Source: Octopus vulgaris (taxonomy: Eukaryota). From it: a DNA stretch of 64,000 nt. A program made the position numbers and the translations under genes. The number at the start of each line of letters is the position of its first letter. Position 1 is the first letter of the stretch. This document shows positions 27,175 through 40,500 of this stretch, in pieces. Where the stretch lies: NCBI GenBank assembly GCA_951406725.2, contig OX597819.1, positions 31,620,001 to 31,684,000 of the forward strand, written 5' to 3'. The notes under the pieces are model-generated. The model was not told where the DNA came from, searched no databases, and was given only the letters and a program-made list of their open reading frames with translations.

Positions 27175-27675
27175 GACGGAAGATTGGTAGAATCATTAGC
27201 ATGCCGGGGGTATTTTGTCTGTCTTCACTTTCAAATTCAAATTACTTTCAAGTTCAAATTTCGCCGAGGTCGACTTCGTCTTTCATCTTTTCGTGTCGAT
27301 CAAATAAGTACCAGTTGAGTACTGAGGTCGATGTAATCTATTTATCCTCTCTCCCAGAATTGCCGTACCAGTCAAGTATTGGGGTTGATATAATCGGATT
27401 TCCCTCTCCCTTAAAAAATTGCAAGCCTTGTGCCCAAATTTTTAGCTATTATTATTTGGAAGGCGGCGAGCTGGTAGAATTGTTAGTACGCTGGACGAAA
27501 TGCTTAGCGGTATTTCGCTCGTCTCTACATTCTGAGTTCAAATTCCGCCGATGTCGACTTTGCCTTTCATCCTTTCGGGATCGATAAACTAAGTACCAGT
27601 GAACCACTGGGCTCGATGTGATTGACTAGTCCCCTCTCCCCAAATTTCAGGCCTTGTGTTTTTAGCACAAAGGAT
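27175..27675 (+). mobile_element. Two SINE family A copies
   Basis: Core motif present twice. Confidence 0.85.
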
Positions 27676-27689
27676 TGTTGTTGTTGTTG

Positions 27690-27739
<50 letters not shown>

Positions 27740-28447
27740 TTCATATTATGGCGTTATATTAGCAGAAACAGTAGGGTACAGGACAAAATAGCTTATAGCA
27801 TTTGTCTCCCTTTACCTTAAAAATTCCACGGAGATGCCTTTTCCCCGTTCATTTCATATTTCCATGCCGGCAAGAACGAATTTGCCTTGTCGATAAAATA
27901 AAGTAGACGATATTTATTTCATGTCAACTTGTTAAATTGTGGAGTTCAGAAAGTAACTTAATCTGAAAACGTGTCTAGAAAATGAAGCAACTACATCGCC
28001 GAAGAGCCATTTAGTTACACACGAAGCTGTTAAATTCATTTGAAATTTTGACACCTCATGAAATAGATTTAAATTTGAAGCGAATCTGAGAGCTTGTGAA
28101 TTACTAACTGGCTCTTCTACGTTGTTCCTTATTAAATTCAATTAACTGCTGAGATTTTTACCTTATAATGAAGCTAGACATCGCGGCTACTAATAGCGGC
28201 AGAAAGGAAAAAAAGAGTTTTGCATAACATCGGGTGGTAGATTTAATTCCACGCCCGGTTTAACTCCATAACCTGATAGCTGTTGCCAGTATTCGGGGCT
28301 GGTCGCTTGTCTGTGATTTCTTCCTATTTTCTTGCCGCTGCTCCTCCAACATAAAAATATGTATTGGGGTCGATAAAATAAATACCGATAAAGTATTGCC
28401 GTCGAGATGACCAATAACATAGACAATGTTTTTGTGATTATATTAGC

Positions 28448-28857
28448 AAGGAGTGGCTGTGTGGTAAGTAGCTTGCTTACCAACCACATGGTTTCGGGTT
28501 CAATCCCAATGCGTGGCACCTTGGGCGAGTGCCTTCAACTATAGCCTCGAGCCGACCAAAGCCTTGTGAGTCGATTTGGTAGACGGAAACTGAAAGAAGC
28601 CCGTCGTATATATGTATATATGTTTATATGTACGTGTGTCTATACGTTTGTGTGTCTGTGTTTGTCCCCCCAACATCGCTTGAGAACCGATACTGGTGTG
28701 CTTATGTCTCCGTAACTTAGCGATTCGGCAAAAGACACCGATAAAATAAGTACTAGGCTTACAAAGAATAAGTCCTGGGGTCGATTTGCTCGACCAAAGG
28801 CGGTGCTCCAGCATGGCCACAGTCAAATGACTGAAACAAGTAAGAGAGTAAGAGAGT
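28448..28857 (+). mobile_element. SINE family B
   Basis: Full-length match to the 3265 copy. Confidence 0.9.
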
Positions 28858-30124
28858 AACCAACACGGGGCGGTTGATTTGTTGAATCGTCAGAACGTCA
28901 TACAAAATGCCTTGCACTATTTAGTTACGGTTCTTTAGGGTTCTTTTATGCTCTGAATTAAAATCCTGCGGAGATCAACTCCATTTTACACCCTTCTGGG
29001 TTCCATTAAATAATATGCCAATCAAAAGCTGGGAATGGGTGTTAGGCAATATAATCAAACGACTTTACCTTCCCACCCTTGAAAACAAAAATCGAGTCCT
29101 TGTGCTCATCACAGAAATCAATAAACGAGAGAGAATTCTATAAAACATGGAAGTAAAAACAGAAATAGCCAAATGAAGAAGTAAAAAAACGGCGCCATCA
29201 TGTTATTACGTAACTGTAATAGTGTCGTTAAAAACATGGCGGAAATTTGTTTTGTTCAATGGTTTTACCTCGTCTTTCTTTCATTTTCTTTGTTTTCTTT
29301 GTATTTTTTCCTTCATATTTTATGTAAATTTGTTGATTTAGAAATCCTTATTTGGCGATGATGGAAATTCTGATATTCAAACAGTGTTTTCTAATATTTC
29401 AGGACTTCGTAAAATCTCATCACTTACCTGTCACACACATCACGTCTTTATTGTGTGGTGTGTGTGTATGTGTGCATGCGTTTGTGTATGTTTTTGTGTA
29501 TGATGTGTGCGTATGTTTTTGTATACAGTGTGTGCGTGTTGTGATGCATGTGTGTAGAGTGCATACCTGTGACTACGTGTGTGTGTGTGTGAAGGTGTGC
29601 GCAGCGTGTGTGTATGCATGGAGTGCGTGTGCGTATGTGTGTGTGTTTGTGAATGTGTGTGTGCATGGAAGCGTCTGTGTGGTTATGTAGTCGTGTTTGT
29701 GTCATGAATGACTACGTAGTTGTCCTTGCGTATGTATGTGTAGCACGTGTATATGTGAATGTGCGGGTATGTCTGTGTATACGCAGGTGTGTTTGTGATG
29801 TGCATGTGTGTGTATACGTATGCATGTGTTTTTTTTGTGCGTGTGTGTTTGTGTGTGTGTGAGTATGTGTGTGTGTGATGATGGTGGTTTATAAATCTAT
29901 GAAGTGCATATGTTTATACGTATGCGTGTGACGTAAATGTGTTTGTATGTGTGATGTATATGAATGCGTATATCTGTAGCGTGCAACTTTCTGTGTATGC
30001 GTAAGCATATATGTATACGTCTACGTATGATTATATACGGATGGTAACAGGAGAGAAGTAGCTAGTATTATTGTGATTATAAGAATACAGATGCTTATGT
30101 ATGCATGCATGTACATGCACACCT

Positions 30125-31998
30125 CATCTACCCGTCCCTCTCCATCTTTCTACCTGTCGTTCTCTATCTTTCTACCTGTCCTTCTCTATCTTTCTACCTG
30201 TCCTTCTCTATCTTTCTACCTGTCCATCTCTCTCTTTCTACCTGTCCATCTCTCTCTTTCTACCTGTCCATCTCTCTCTTTCTACCTGTCCATCTCTATC
30301 TTTCTACCTGTCCCTCTCTATCTTTCTACCTGTTCATCTCTCTCTTTCTACCTGTCCCTATCTATCTTTCTATCTGTCCCTCTCTATCTTTCTACCTGTC
30401 CATCTCTCTCTTTCAATATGTCCCTCTCTATCTTTCTACCTGTCCTTCTCTATCTTTCTACCTGTTGTTCTCTATCTTTCTACATGTCCATCTCTATCTT
30501 TCTACCTGTCCCTCTCTCTCTTTCTACCTGTCGTTCTCTATCTTTCTACCTGTCCATCTCTCTCTTTCTACCTGTCCTTCTCTATCTTTCTACCTGTCCA
30601 TCTCTCTCTTTCTACGTGTCCTTCCCTATCTTTCTACCTGTCCATCTCTCTCTTTCTACCTGTCCATCTCTCTCTTTCTACCTGTCCCTCTCTCTCTTTC
30701 TACCTGTCCATCTCTCTCTTTCTACCTGTCCCTCTCTCTCTTTCTACCTGTCCTTCTCTATCTTTCTACCTGTCGTTCTCTATCTTTCTACATGTCCATC
30801 TCTCTCTTTCTACCTGTCCCTCTCCATCTTTCTACCTGTCCCTCTCTATCTTTCTACCTGTCCTTCTCTATCTTTCTATCTGTCCCTCTCTATCTTTCTA
30901 CATGTCCATTTCTCTCTTTCTACCTGTCCATCTCTATCTTTCTACCTGTCCATCTCTCTCTTTCTACTTGTCCTTCTCTATCTTTCTATCTGTCCCTCTC
31001 TATCTTTCTACATGTCCATCTCTCTCTTTCTACCTGTCCATCTCTCTCTTTCTACCTGTCCATCTCTATCTTTCTACCTGTCCATCTCTCTCTTTCTACC
31101 TGTCCATCTCTCTCTTTCTACCTGTCCTTCTCTATCTTTCTACCTGTCCATCTCTCTCTTTCTACCTGTCCATCTCTCTCTTTCTACCTGTCCATCTCTA
31201 TCTTTCTACCTGTCCATCTCTATCTTTCTACCTGTCCTTCTCTCTCTTTCTACCTGTCCTTCTCTATCTTTCTATCTGTCCCTCTCTATCTTTCTACATG
31301 TCCATCTCTCTCTTTCTACCTGTCCATCTCTATCTTTCTACCTGTCCCTCTCTATCTTTCTACCTGTCCCTCTCTGTCTTTCTACCTGTCCATCTCTCTC
31401 TCTTTCTACCTGTCCATCTCTCTACCTGTCCATCTCTCTCTTTCTACCTGTCCATCTCTCTCTTTCTACCTGTCCATCTCTCTCTTTCTACCTATCCATC
31501 TCTCTCTTTCTACCTGTCCCTCTCTATCTTTCTACCTGTCCATCTCTCTCTTTCTACCTGTCCATCTCTATCTTTCTACCTGTCCCTCTCTATCTTTCTA
31601 CCTGTTCATCTCTCTCTTTCTACCTGTCCCTCTCTATCTTTCTATCTGTCCCTCTCTATCTTTCTACCTGTCCATCTCTCTCTTTCAATCTGTCCCTCTC
31701 TATCTTTCTACCTGTCCTTCTCTATCTTTCTACCTATCCATCTCTATCTTTCTACCTGTCCATCTTTATCTTTCTACCTGTCCCTCTCTATTTTTCTACC
31801 TATCCAACTCTCTCTTTCTACCTGTCCATCTCTATTTTTCTACCTGTCCATCTCTATCTTTCTACATGTCCATCTCTCTCTTTCTACCTGTCCCTCTCTA
31901 TCTTTCTACCTGTCCATCTCTCTCTTTCTACCTGTCCCTCTCTCTCTTTCTACCTGTCCCTCTCTATCTTTCTACCTGTCCCTCTCTATCTTTCTACC
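30125..31998. repeat. 22-bp pyrimidine-rich minisatellite (tctttctacctgtccatctctc), ~85 units
   Basis: Period 22 measured (cctgtcc at 30241 and 30263). Confidence 0.97.
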
Positions 31999-32077
31999 TT
32001 CTTCAGCCGCCTCTGTTTCATCTACTCCACGTTTTGAAGGTAACATATACATATACATACATACATACATATATATA

Positions 32078-32448
32078 TCTCTCTATATATAAACGGCAGT
32101 TTGTCTGTGTGTGTTTCTGTGTGTCTGTTAGGTTGTACCCTCACCCTGACCACGGCTTTCAACCGATTCTGATGAAACTTGACACACACATAAGCCCAAT
32201 GTCATAATTCAAAACTAACGCAGCGAAAATTTTGAAAAGTTCCCCCAGTTCTGAAAAAAATCGATAAATTCGACATGGGGTCGAGAATCAGAAACATAAA
32301 CCACAGACTGTCTAGGGGACGCAACTCGACCTTTTTAACTAAAAAAAAATTTACCATAATTTTTTTTCCATTTTTTGGCTATAACTCTCTAAAAATGCTT
32401 TATAGTTATTTCCCTTACAAACCCGAGCAACGCCGGGCGATACTGCTA

Positions 32449-32449
<1 letters not shown>
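32078..32449 (+). mobile_element. Non-autonomous Helitron
   Basis: A|TC start, 3' hairpin cccgagcaacgccggg, CTAG|T end, no TSD. Confidence 0.82.
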
Positions 32450-32519
<70 letters not shown>

Positions 32520-32603
32520 ATCCAAACAGGAAAGCACAACAACGCGAGGACGTGGAACAAATATAGTATTATTGGACACTCAGGAAGGAAGGGAAGAAGG
32601 AGG

Positions 32604-32638
32604 GTTTTACGTTTCGAGCGGAGCTGTTGGTCAGAAAC
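32604..32638 (-). ncRNA. Degenerate minimal hammerhead-like motif (Penelope pLTR-type)
   Basis: Reverse complement gttt-CUGACCA-a-cagc-ucc-gcuc-GAAA-CGUA-aaac; core G8 altered. Confidence 0.4.
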
Positions 32639-33269
32639 TTAGGAAAAGGAAAGATCCAGAGAAGGGAAGACGGAGGAAAAAAAATAGTACATACGCGGAT
32701 ATATATATATATATATACGCACATATATGTTGTCTTAGTCGAAGCCGATACTGCCTAGGATATATTTCTGATGTAATTGTGCATGTGTGTATGGGAGTGA
32801 TTATATTCGTGTGTTCCATACTTTTATACGTGTGTGTATTCAAATGTACTCTTATGCATGCGTAAGTGTACGTTTTCAATGTACTTGTACATGTATGTGC
32901 GTATTTTTGTGTGTGTATGTTTAAATATAATTTTACCTTCGAATACAAATTTTTTTTTCGTTTGGTTCAGAGATTGTTATTCAAGCGTTAACGTTTTATA
33001 TTATCCGTTTGTTTTTCTTCGAAGAAATCCATTATTTCTAGGAAGCCAATTTGGTCATCACTCATTTAAAGAATGATTCCTGGAAATATTAGTGTTTTAC
33101 TATTGGTTATTCAGACAAGGAACGAGATCAAATTCTTTTCTTTCATTCGCTCTTCTGTTCTTCGTTTTCTCATTTCATATTGTCATAAATGCTCTGATTC
33201 TTCTTATTCAGTACCATGCCTAATAATTCCATGTTACTCGTTTTGTTCTTTAGCTAAGTGTATCTCATT

Positions 33270-33490
33270 TTACTCCTTAGCTACATGAGACTATTTTTGT
33301 ACTCAGGCCATATTGAGACTATTTTTTATGCTACTTAACCACATGGGACTTCTTTTTACTCCTTAGCTACATACAAGAAACGAATTATTAGTCCTGAGCT
33401 TTGACGATATGTTTTTTTTTAACTCCATAGCTACATGAGACTAGAGTTTACTCTTCAGCTATACTTACTCTTTACGTACATGGGATTACT
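33270..33490. repeat. Degenerate ~29-bp tandem repeat (tactccttagctacatgagactatttt)
   Basis: 5-6 visible units. Confidence 0.7.
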
Positions 33491-33493
33491 TTT

Positions 33494-33767
33494 ATCTGGC
33501 ATAAAATAGAGAAATGTTTTTGTTTCACTTTTAACACGTAATACTGAAATAGTGGAGAAGATATGATATTGCTATGGGCTCGCTCTAGGCAAGAAGTTGA
33601 ACTTTTTTTGCCCATGAAACTACATGAACCCTAAGTAAGGCATGTGTAAAATTTGAATGAAATTGGTTGTGTAGTTCTCAAGTTTTAGGGAAACACACAG
33701 ACAGACGCACAGACAGACAGACACACAGACAGACACACACACATTCTCAGTTTTATATATAGAGAGA
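33494..33767 (-). mobile_element. Helitron/HINE-like 5' fragment (duplicated at 34520-34770)
   Basis: Reverse complement begins A|TCTCTCTATATATAAAACTGAGAATG followed by (TGTC)n; near-identical second copy. Confidence 0.7.
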
Positions 33768-33779
33768 TATTTATATATG

Positions 33780-33820
33780 ACTAGCATTATGACCCGGTCT
33801 TGCCGGGTCATAGTGCTAGT
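33780..33820. repeat. 41-bp palindrome actagcattatgacccgg-tcttg-ccgggtcatagtgctagt (Helitron 3'-end-like)
   Basis: 18-bp arms with 1 mismatch; same sequence family ends the Helitron at 54191-54231. Confidence 0.85.
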
Positions 33821-34519
33821 ACATATATGTGTATATATATGTGTACATATTACATGTACATCTATATATATACTTCTACACATAAAATACAAAATACAAA
33901 GTTATATCTTGATATCGCTAGTGATAACAACACTCAAAATATATAACAGACTGGAATTGTAAGCCCGTCTCTTGCAATTTCGATCAATTGTATCTTGTCC
34001 TCCCTCTTGTATAGAAGTGTGGCTACAATCCAGCCTACCTCAACTTCTGGGGCGGTGGGACATTTTAAATTTTTATCCGGCACGTCCTACATCCCAGATA
34101 TAAAGGTAAAAATAAAATATTTCCACTCTGCAAGTTCGAGTCGAGTACTCCCTTGCACGCTCCGTTGACTCGAACCTTGCTTCTATTGTGGCGAATTTAC
34201 TGTCTCTGGTTAAATATCTTTCATAGTTGCACCAAGACTACTTTATAGATAATAGTCTTTTCTTTAATTTAATTTTTTTATTATCTATCTGGACTATTTC
34301 ATTTCTGCACGCTAATTTCATTTTTAATTTATTCCCATTCATGTGAAACCACTTATTCAAGTTCAAGTCATTGATGCAATTTTATACCAATTGCTATTTT
34401 TACTTTTGTTATGTTACGATTTAATTATTATATTATACTTTAGTTTGATTTTAATTATTACTTACTACATATAATTCAATTGTTATTATTATCATCAATT
34501 TTTATTGTTAAAGTGAAAG

Positions 34520-34770
34520 TATCTGGCATAAAATAGAGAAATGTTTTTGTTTCACTTTTAACACGTAATACTGAAATAGTGGAGAAGATATGATATTGCT
34601 ATGGGCTCGCTCTAGGCAAGAAGTTGAACTTTTTTTGCCCATGAAACTACATGGACCCTAAGTAAGGTATGTGTAAAATTTGAATGAAATTGGTTGTGTA
34701 GTTCTCAAATTTTAGGGATTCACACAGACAGACAGAAAGACAGACACACATTCTCAGTTTTATATATATA
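34520..34770 (-). mobile_element. Helitron/HINE-like 5' fragment, second copy
   Basis: Same breakpoint tatctggc as 33494. Confidence 0.7.
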
Positions 34771-34952
34771 GGTTACCTTCTCCTACAGACGTGATTTAAC
34801 AAAAGTTGAGGGTGCCTCACTCCCAGTGGTCTTCCAGCATGCCAGGAACTAACCTAGAGTTTCTGAGGGCCCATGCTATTTATAGATAGTCTTTGAACCT
34901 ACACACACACACACACAGAAGCGCGTGCGTGTATATACATGTATATATACAC

Positions 34953-35005
<53 letters not shown>

Positions 35006-35051
35006 CCCCAGCATGGCCTCAGCCGGATGGCTGAAACAAGTAAAAGAGTAT

Positions 35052-35130
<79 letters not shown>

Positions 35131-35270
35131 ACGAGCTCCTTTCAGTTCCTGCGAAACAAATCTATACACAAGGCTTTGGTGGGCTCGAAGCTATAGTGGT
35201 CAAGGTGCTATGCATCCACGCCTACGCCGATATGTACATATATATATATATAACTAATAAGGAATCTTTC

Positions 35271-35361
<91 letters not shown>

Positions 35362-35475
35362 GTATGTATGTATATACATGTATATGTGAGTAGTTCCAAG
35401 AATGCTTCAACAGAAAAATATAATTTCCAATGGCTTTTTTAATCCAATATTTATACATTTTTATTTATAACTTCA

Positions 35476-35568
35476 TCTGCTTCGAGATCAATAGTACCAA
35501 AAAGAAGAATTATTTCCCGCTTTCTTGAAGCTCCTAAATTCTTATATGTGTTTGTGTGTGTATGCGTG

Positions 35569-35615
<47 letters not shown>

Positions 35616-35902
35616 TTGTGTCTCCACTATCCTGGCTTTCCTCCCAACTTTGACTCTCCGTAAATCCAAAATTTTGTTTTGGTATTTATGGGAGCAACTG
35701 TCTTCGAAGACTCATATTGTTGTTGATTGCTCGAAATGATAAGTAGATAGGCAGCCGACAACTGATGAAGAGTCATTCTTTGTATTCTTTGTATTAGTTG
35801 TCCTGTTTTCCATTTTTTTCTCTTGTTATTTGCGTGTTTAACTCATTTGTTTTCGTATTTCGTGTTGTTTACTGTTGACGACCTCCTGTACCCATATATG
35901 CT

Positions 35903-35945
<43 letters not shown>

Positions 35946-36466
35946 TTATATTATACAATATATATATGTATATATAATATATTATATTATATTATATATG
36001 TGTGTGTGTGTGTGTGAGTATCTACAAGAATGCTTCAACACAACCTTAAGCAAGTATATATGAGTGAATGTAATCTATGTAGGTATATGTGTGATTGTTT
36101 CAATGTTCTCATATGTAAGGTAACAGCACATCTTCCCAGATTCAGTCCAGGGAGAGACAAAATACTTCAGTTGTCTTTCCAAAACCAGAAGATGAATAGA
36201 AAAAATATTCCAAATAAAAAAAAAATGTTCTCAGAAGCCTTAAAAAAATGTAATCTTCGTGATTTTCATTGAGGATTTTTACCTGATAATATTTCTATGG
36301 CAATACGTTCGGAAGAAAGTGTTGTAAACAAAATGGCGTCGGTTAGCATTTGTTAGAGTGCGAGTGGGTGTTTTAGCGGCAGAAATAACAGTAGTTAACT
36401 GCAAATAATACATGTGTATATGGCTCAATACAACGAAGAAGATAAGATGACATATAAGTACATATG
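35476..36466 (-). repeat. Inverted copy of 17693-18405
   Basis: Direct comparison. Confidence 0.85.
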
Positions 36467-36661
36467 TATATGCGAGTATGTATGTATGTATGTATGTATG
36501 TATGTATGTATGTATGTATGTATGTATGTATGTATGTATGTATGCATGTATGTGTATGTGCGTGTATACACATACACATATACACATGAATATGCAGATG
36601 CACTTATATATGTGCGTGTGTACATGTATAATGTATGTGTGTCTGCATGTACACACACACA

Positions 36662-36716
<55 letters not shown>

Positions 36717-36882
36717 AATTTATATGTTAAAAGTCAGGGTACAATATGCAACTTTTTGCTAGAAAGAAGAGTTAAAACTCTCCGAAGTCACGCATCTCTC
36801 ACTATATGTAAACACACACGGAGAATGAAGCAAATATACTAATGTATGTATACTGTTGAAAATGGATGAAGTGATAGTCTCG

Positions 36883-36938
<56 letters not shown>

Positions 36939-37059
36939 ATGGATGGATGGATGTATATATATATCGTTAAATCCACAAGTATTATATATATATATTTATA
37001 TATATCGCCGCTAAATCCACAAGTGTTTTTATTGTCTCTCTGTTTATTTTCTCTTATTG

Positions 37060-37095
37060 CTTTCTGTTGAAGAGCGTAGGCTCGAAACGTAAAAG
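37060..37095 (+). ncRNA. Minimal hammerhead-like motif (variant core)
   Basis: cttt-CUGUUGA-a-gagc-guag-gcuc-GAAA-CGUA-aaag; palindromic ACGU stem III; core A6>U. Confidence 0.45.
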
Positions 37096-37195
37096 ACTTT
37101 CCTGAGCATCAAACTAATACTCATGCTTGTTGTTTATACACCTGTCTTTGTCTTTTGTTTTTCTATAACTTTCAACTACACTCACACACACACAC

Positions 37196-37286
<91 letters not shown>

Positions 37287-37424
37287 TACACACACACACA
37301 CACGACAGAAGTAAATAGACACCACATAAAACATCGTTTTAAGCTTATTCTAACTTGTTAAGGTGTATATTTTTTATTAATTGACATTTTTATGTTTCAG
37401 GTTCTGTATATGACCTTTTTAACC

Positions 37425-38382
37425 ATGCCATGTATGAAAGAAGCTTTGGAACTCTCTGATTTTCAAAGAGGTCATATTACGAGTCCATCTGAAGGTGGGC
37501 ATATGGGAAAATCGCAGAAAATCTTGGGATCCCGCTTTCTACAGTTAATAGAGTGATTGTGCAATCCACCAGAGAGGGGAAAGAGTCCACATCACCTCGC
37601 TCTGTTTGACAAGAGCTCTCTGACAAGGCTTTTCTCTTTGTTAAGAGAAGTATGGAGTATAATCTTTGTTGCAAGGCCTCTGACGTAGCAGAACACGTTG
37701 ATGACAGTACCAGAACAGCTGCCAGGTATCTCTTCAAACTCGGTTACTATGGTAGTGCAGTAGGAAGGAAGCCATTTCTTTGACCAGCCAATATCAAACG
37801 GAGAAAAGATTGGGCCGGTGAGATGGTGGAGAGGCCACTAGCATTTTGGGATACTCATATTCACCAAAGTGTCCAGATTTGCTTTATTTTCTGACAGTGG
37901 TTAAGTGTGGTTCTGGAGACTGAATTTGACGTGAAAAGATTGCTGTCAACAATGAAACATGGCAGCTATTCTGTGATGGTCTGGGGAGCAATTTAGAGCA
38001 AAGGTCAATCAGAACTGGTAGAATGTGAGGGAAAATTTAAGCTCAGATATTCCATATTGCAGAAAAGACTCCTAATCTTCTCCAGTGGTGGAATAATTAA
38101 TGAAGACTCTTTATTTATGGAAGATGTGGCTCCTCGTCACACGGCTAAAATGACCCAAGATTTTTTTGGTTGAGAATGGCATTAAAAAGCTTCTATGGCC
38201 AAGTCAGTCACCAGATATGAACCCTATTGATCACCTTTGAGGCACAATTGACAGGACACTTCATAAAAAGAACAAGAACGTATCTTCAAAGCCACATCTT
38301 TTGAGATCACTGCATGAAACTTGGCGAGAAATTCCTCAAGAGAATATTCGTCATCTAATCATTAACATGCCTAATAGGGTTG
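37425..38382 (+). mobile_element. Tc1-like transposase pseudogene
   Basis: ELSDFQRGHI (HTH), RKPFL..NIKRRKDWA, TMKHG..SVMVWGAI, FMEDVAPRH, WPSQSPDMNPID, WREIPQENIRHLIINMPNRV; stops and frameshifts. Confidence 0.92.
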
Positions 38383-39489
38383 TCATCATCATCGTCATCA
38401 TCGTCGTCGTCATCATCATCATCATCAACAACAACAACAACAACAACAACAGCAGCAGCAGCAGCAGCAACAACAACAACAACAACACCAACAACAGAAG
38501 CAACGGAAGCAGCTGCATGTGCACACTATACATAATATGTTTTCTTATAAACAGTTGCAAAGATTAAAATCCGTTCTTTTTTCTATCGAAGTTTCTGGGG
38601 AATGAACGAACATATTATCTTATCTTGATGAAATGGCGAGATTGTTGAAGAAATTGTTGAAAGAAGGGAGGGCGTGGGCGATTTAATTTATCAAAATATA
38701 ACTTAGACTAGATGAATTCTTGTGGTATTTTATGTAAAAAAAAAAAAAAAAGCCTAAAACATAAAAAGGATTACTTTGGGTTGAAAGAAAAGAATGTGTG
38801 GGTTTTCAGTAATATTTATTTATTCATTTATTGCTCTTCTGAAATAATTTTGATTAAACAAATTATAGTTGGAATCTTCAGAAGATGCAAATATACTTGT
38901 ATTTACAATCTGTGCATTTATTCTTCCTTCTATAAATCCGTGTATCCATCCATTTATTCAGTAAGCCAACTAGTCAGCCAGCCAGCCTGCCAACCAGCCA
39001 GTCAACCAGCCAACAAGCCAGCCTTACGTTCTTTCACGAACACACACGCGCGCGCATGCATGTAAGATTATACGAATAAGTACAAGGTTATTTCCAGTTC
39101 AACTATGCTTGGGGCATGTTCGAACCCGTAAGAAAGCCATTCACTGTGTTTTGTCATGGTGAAACTTCCTCTCTGTAGACAAATGGTGTAAACACACCAA
39201 AATTAGCTCGCAGCACCATCTATCTATCTATCCAGACTGTGAGATGCAAGCATAGAGTGGTTATCTCCTCTTCAGCCAAAGAAACCAGGCAGAGTGCACT
39301 GTAAGCTGATGCGGGAGATTGTCTCTCTTATGATATTCCCATCATCATACAATGGACTGGTAATGTTAATCGACAGCTCACCACCAACAAATTACTGAGT
39401 GACAGGGCTAAGCAGTGATGTGTTAAATACAAAGTTTTTTCCAGTTCAGATATGATTGGAGCATATTCTAACCCGTAAGAAAGCATTCA

Positions 39490-39750
39490 CTGTTTTACCT
39501 CGGAGAAAATTTTCTGTCGTTAAAGCGCCAGAGCTTTTTCACTCAGATCGGTGGCACCTGCACCAGGACAATGCACTCATCCACAATTTTATCCTGGTTA
39601 CCATCTACTTCACAGAGATGAGCATCAAAACTATGTATCAACATCCCTACAGTCCAGACTTTGCTCCCAGAGACTATTATTTGTTCTCCAGGCTAGAGGA
39701 GAAGATGAAGGAAGCTACGTGAAGGGTGTTGGGCACCTTCACTTTGACTG
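39490..39750 (+). mobile_element. mariner transposase fragment
   Basis: WHLHQDNALIH..HPYSPDFAPRDYYLF. Confidence 0.85.
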
Positions 39751-39829
39751 GTTGGCTAACTAACTGGCTGACTAAATGATTGGATTGATGGACAGATTTT
39801 TCAGGAGAGACATTTATTAATTTCAAAGA

Positions 39830-40500
39830 AGTACAAGACCCTAATCTCCTTCAAAGTAGGATCCTCTAACTTCAATGCACTTGTTGTAGCGCCCCAACCA
39901 CTTAGTGAAGGCCCCTTGGTAGTCCTTCTTCTTCTTCTTCTTCTTCTTCTTCTTCTTCTTCTTCTTCTCCCCAAGCCTAGGGAACAACAAGAAGTCTATG
40001 GGAGCAAGGCCTGGATTGTTGGGAGAGTGATGGACAGTTTTAACGGCCATCTCTGTCAAGTGGATGATACCAGGCTGGAATTATGGAGAGGTGCATTGTT
40101 CTGATGCGGGTGCCATCGACCTGAGTGGAAGTTCTCTGGGCTTTTGCGACGAAATCTCTTCCTAAAAGCCCTCAAAACCTCCTCAAACTATTCCAGTGGA
40201 TATAAGTGATGCTCTTGTCGAAAAATGAAATCATCATGAGCTTCCTGGTGGACTTATTTCGACTGGCCTCTTGTACCAGCGAAAAGCAAATGCTCAGCTC
40301 ATACAAGTTAATCCATAAGAAGGCTGGAATTTTTCATACGTTTCTGTAGCATTTTTGCCCATTTTAACACAAAACTTTATTGCATGGTGAGTTTCCAAAT
40401 TTTTTCACGTCCCGACTGCATTCTGGAAGCTAATCAACCGTGACAAACAATGTTTAGCAGGGTGTGTTCAAAGTGTTGTTAAGGCTGTCTCCATCAATGA
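39830..40500 (-). mobile_element. mariner transposase fragment with internal (AAG)n
   Basis: WHPHQNNAPLH..HSPNNPGLAPIDFLLFP..WLGRYNKCIEVRGSYFEGD*. Confidence 0.85.

Noticed and set aside
30073-32207. 654-700 aa ORFs as real proteins
   Set aside because: All three frames give the same rotated 22-aa repeat from a 22-bp stop-free unit.
35761-35800. ctgatga as a hammerhead core
   Set aside because: No stem II or GAAA follows.
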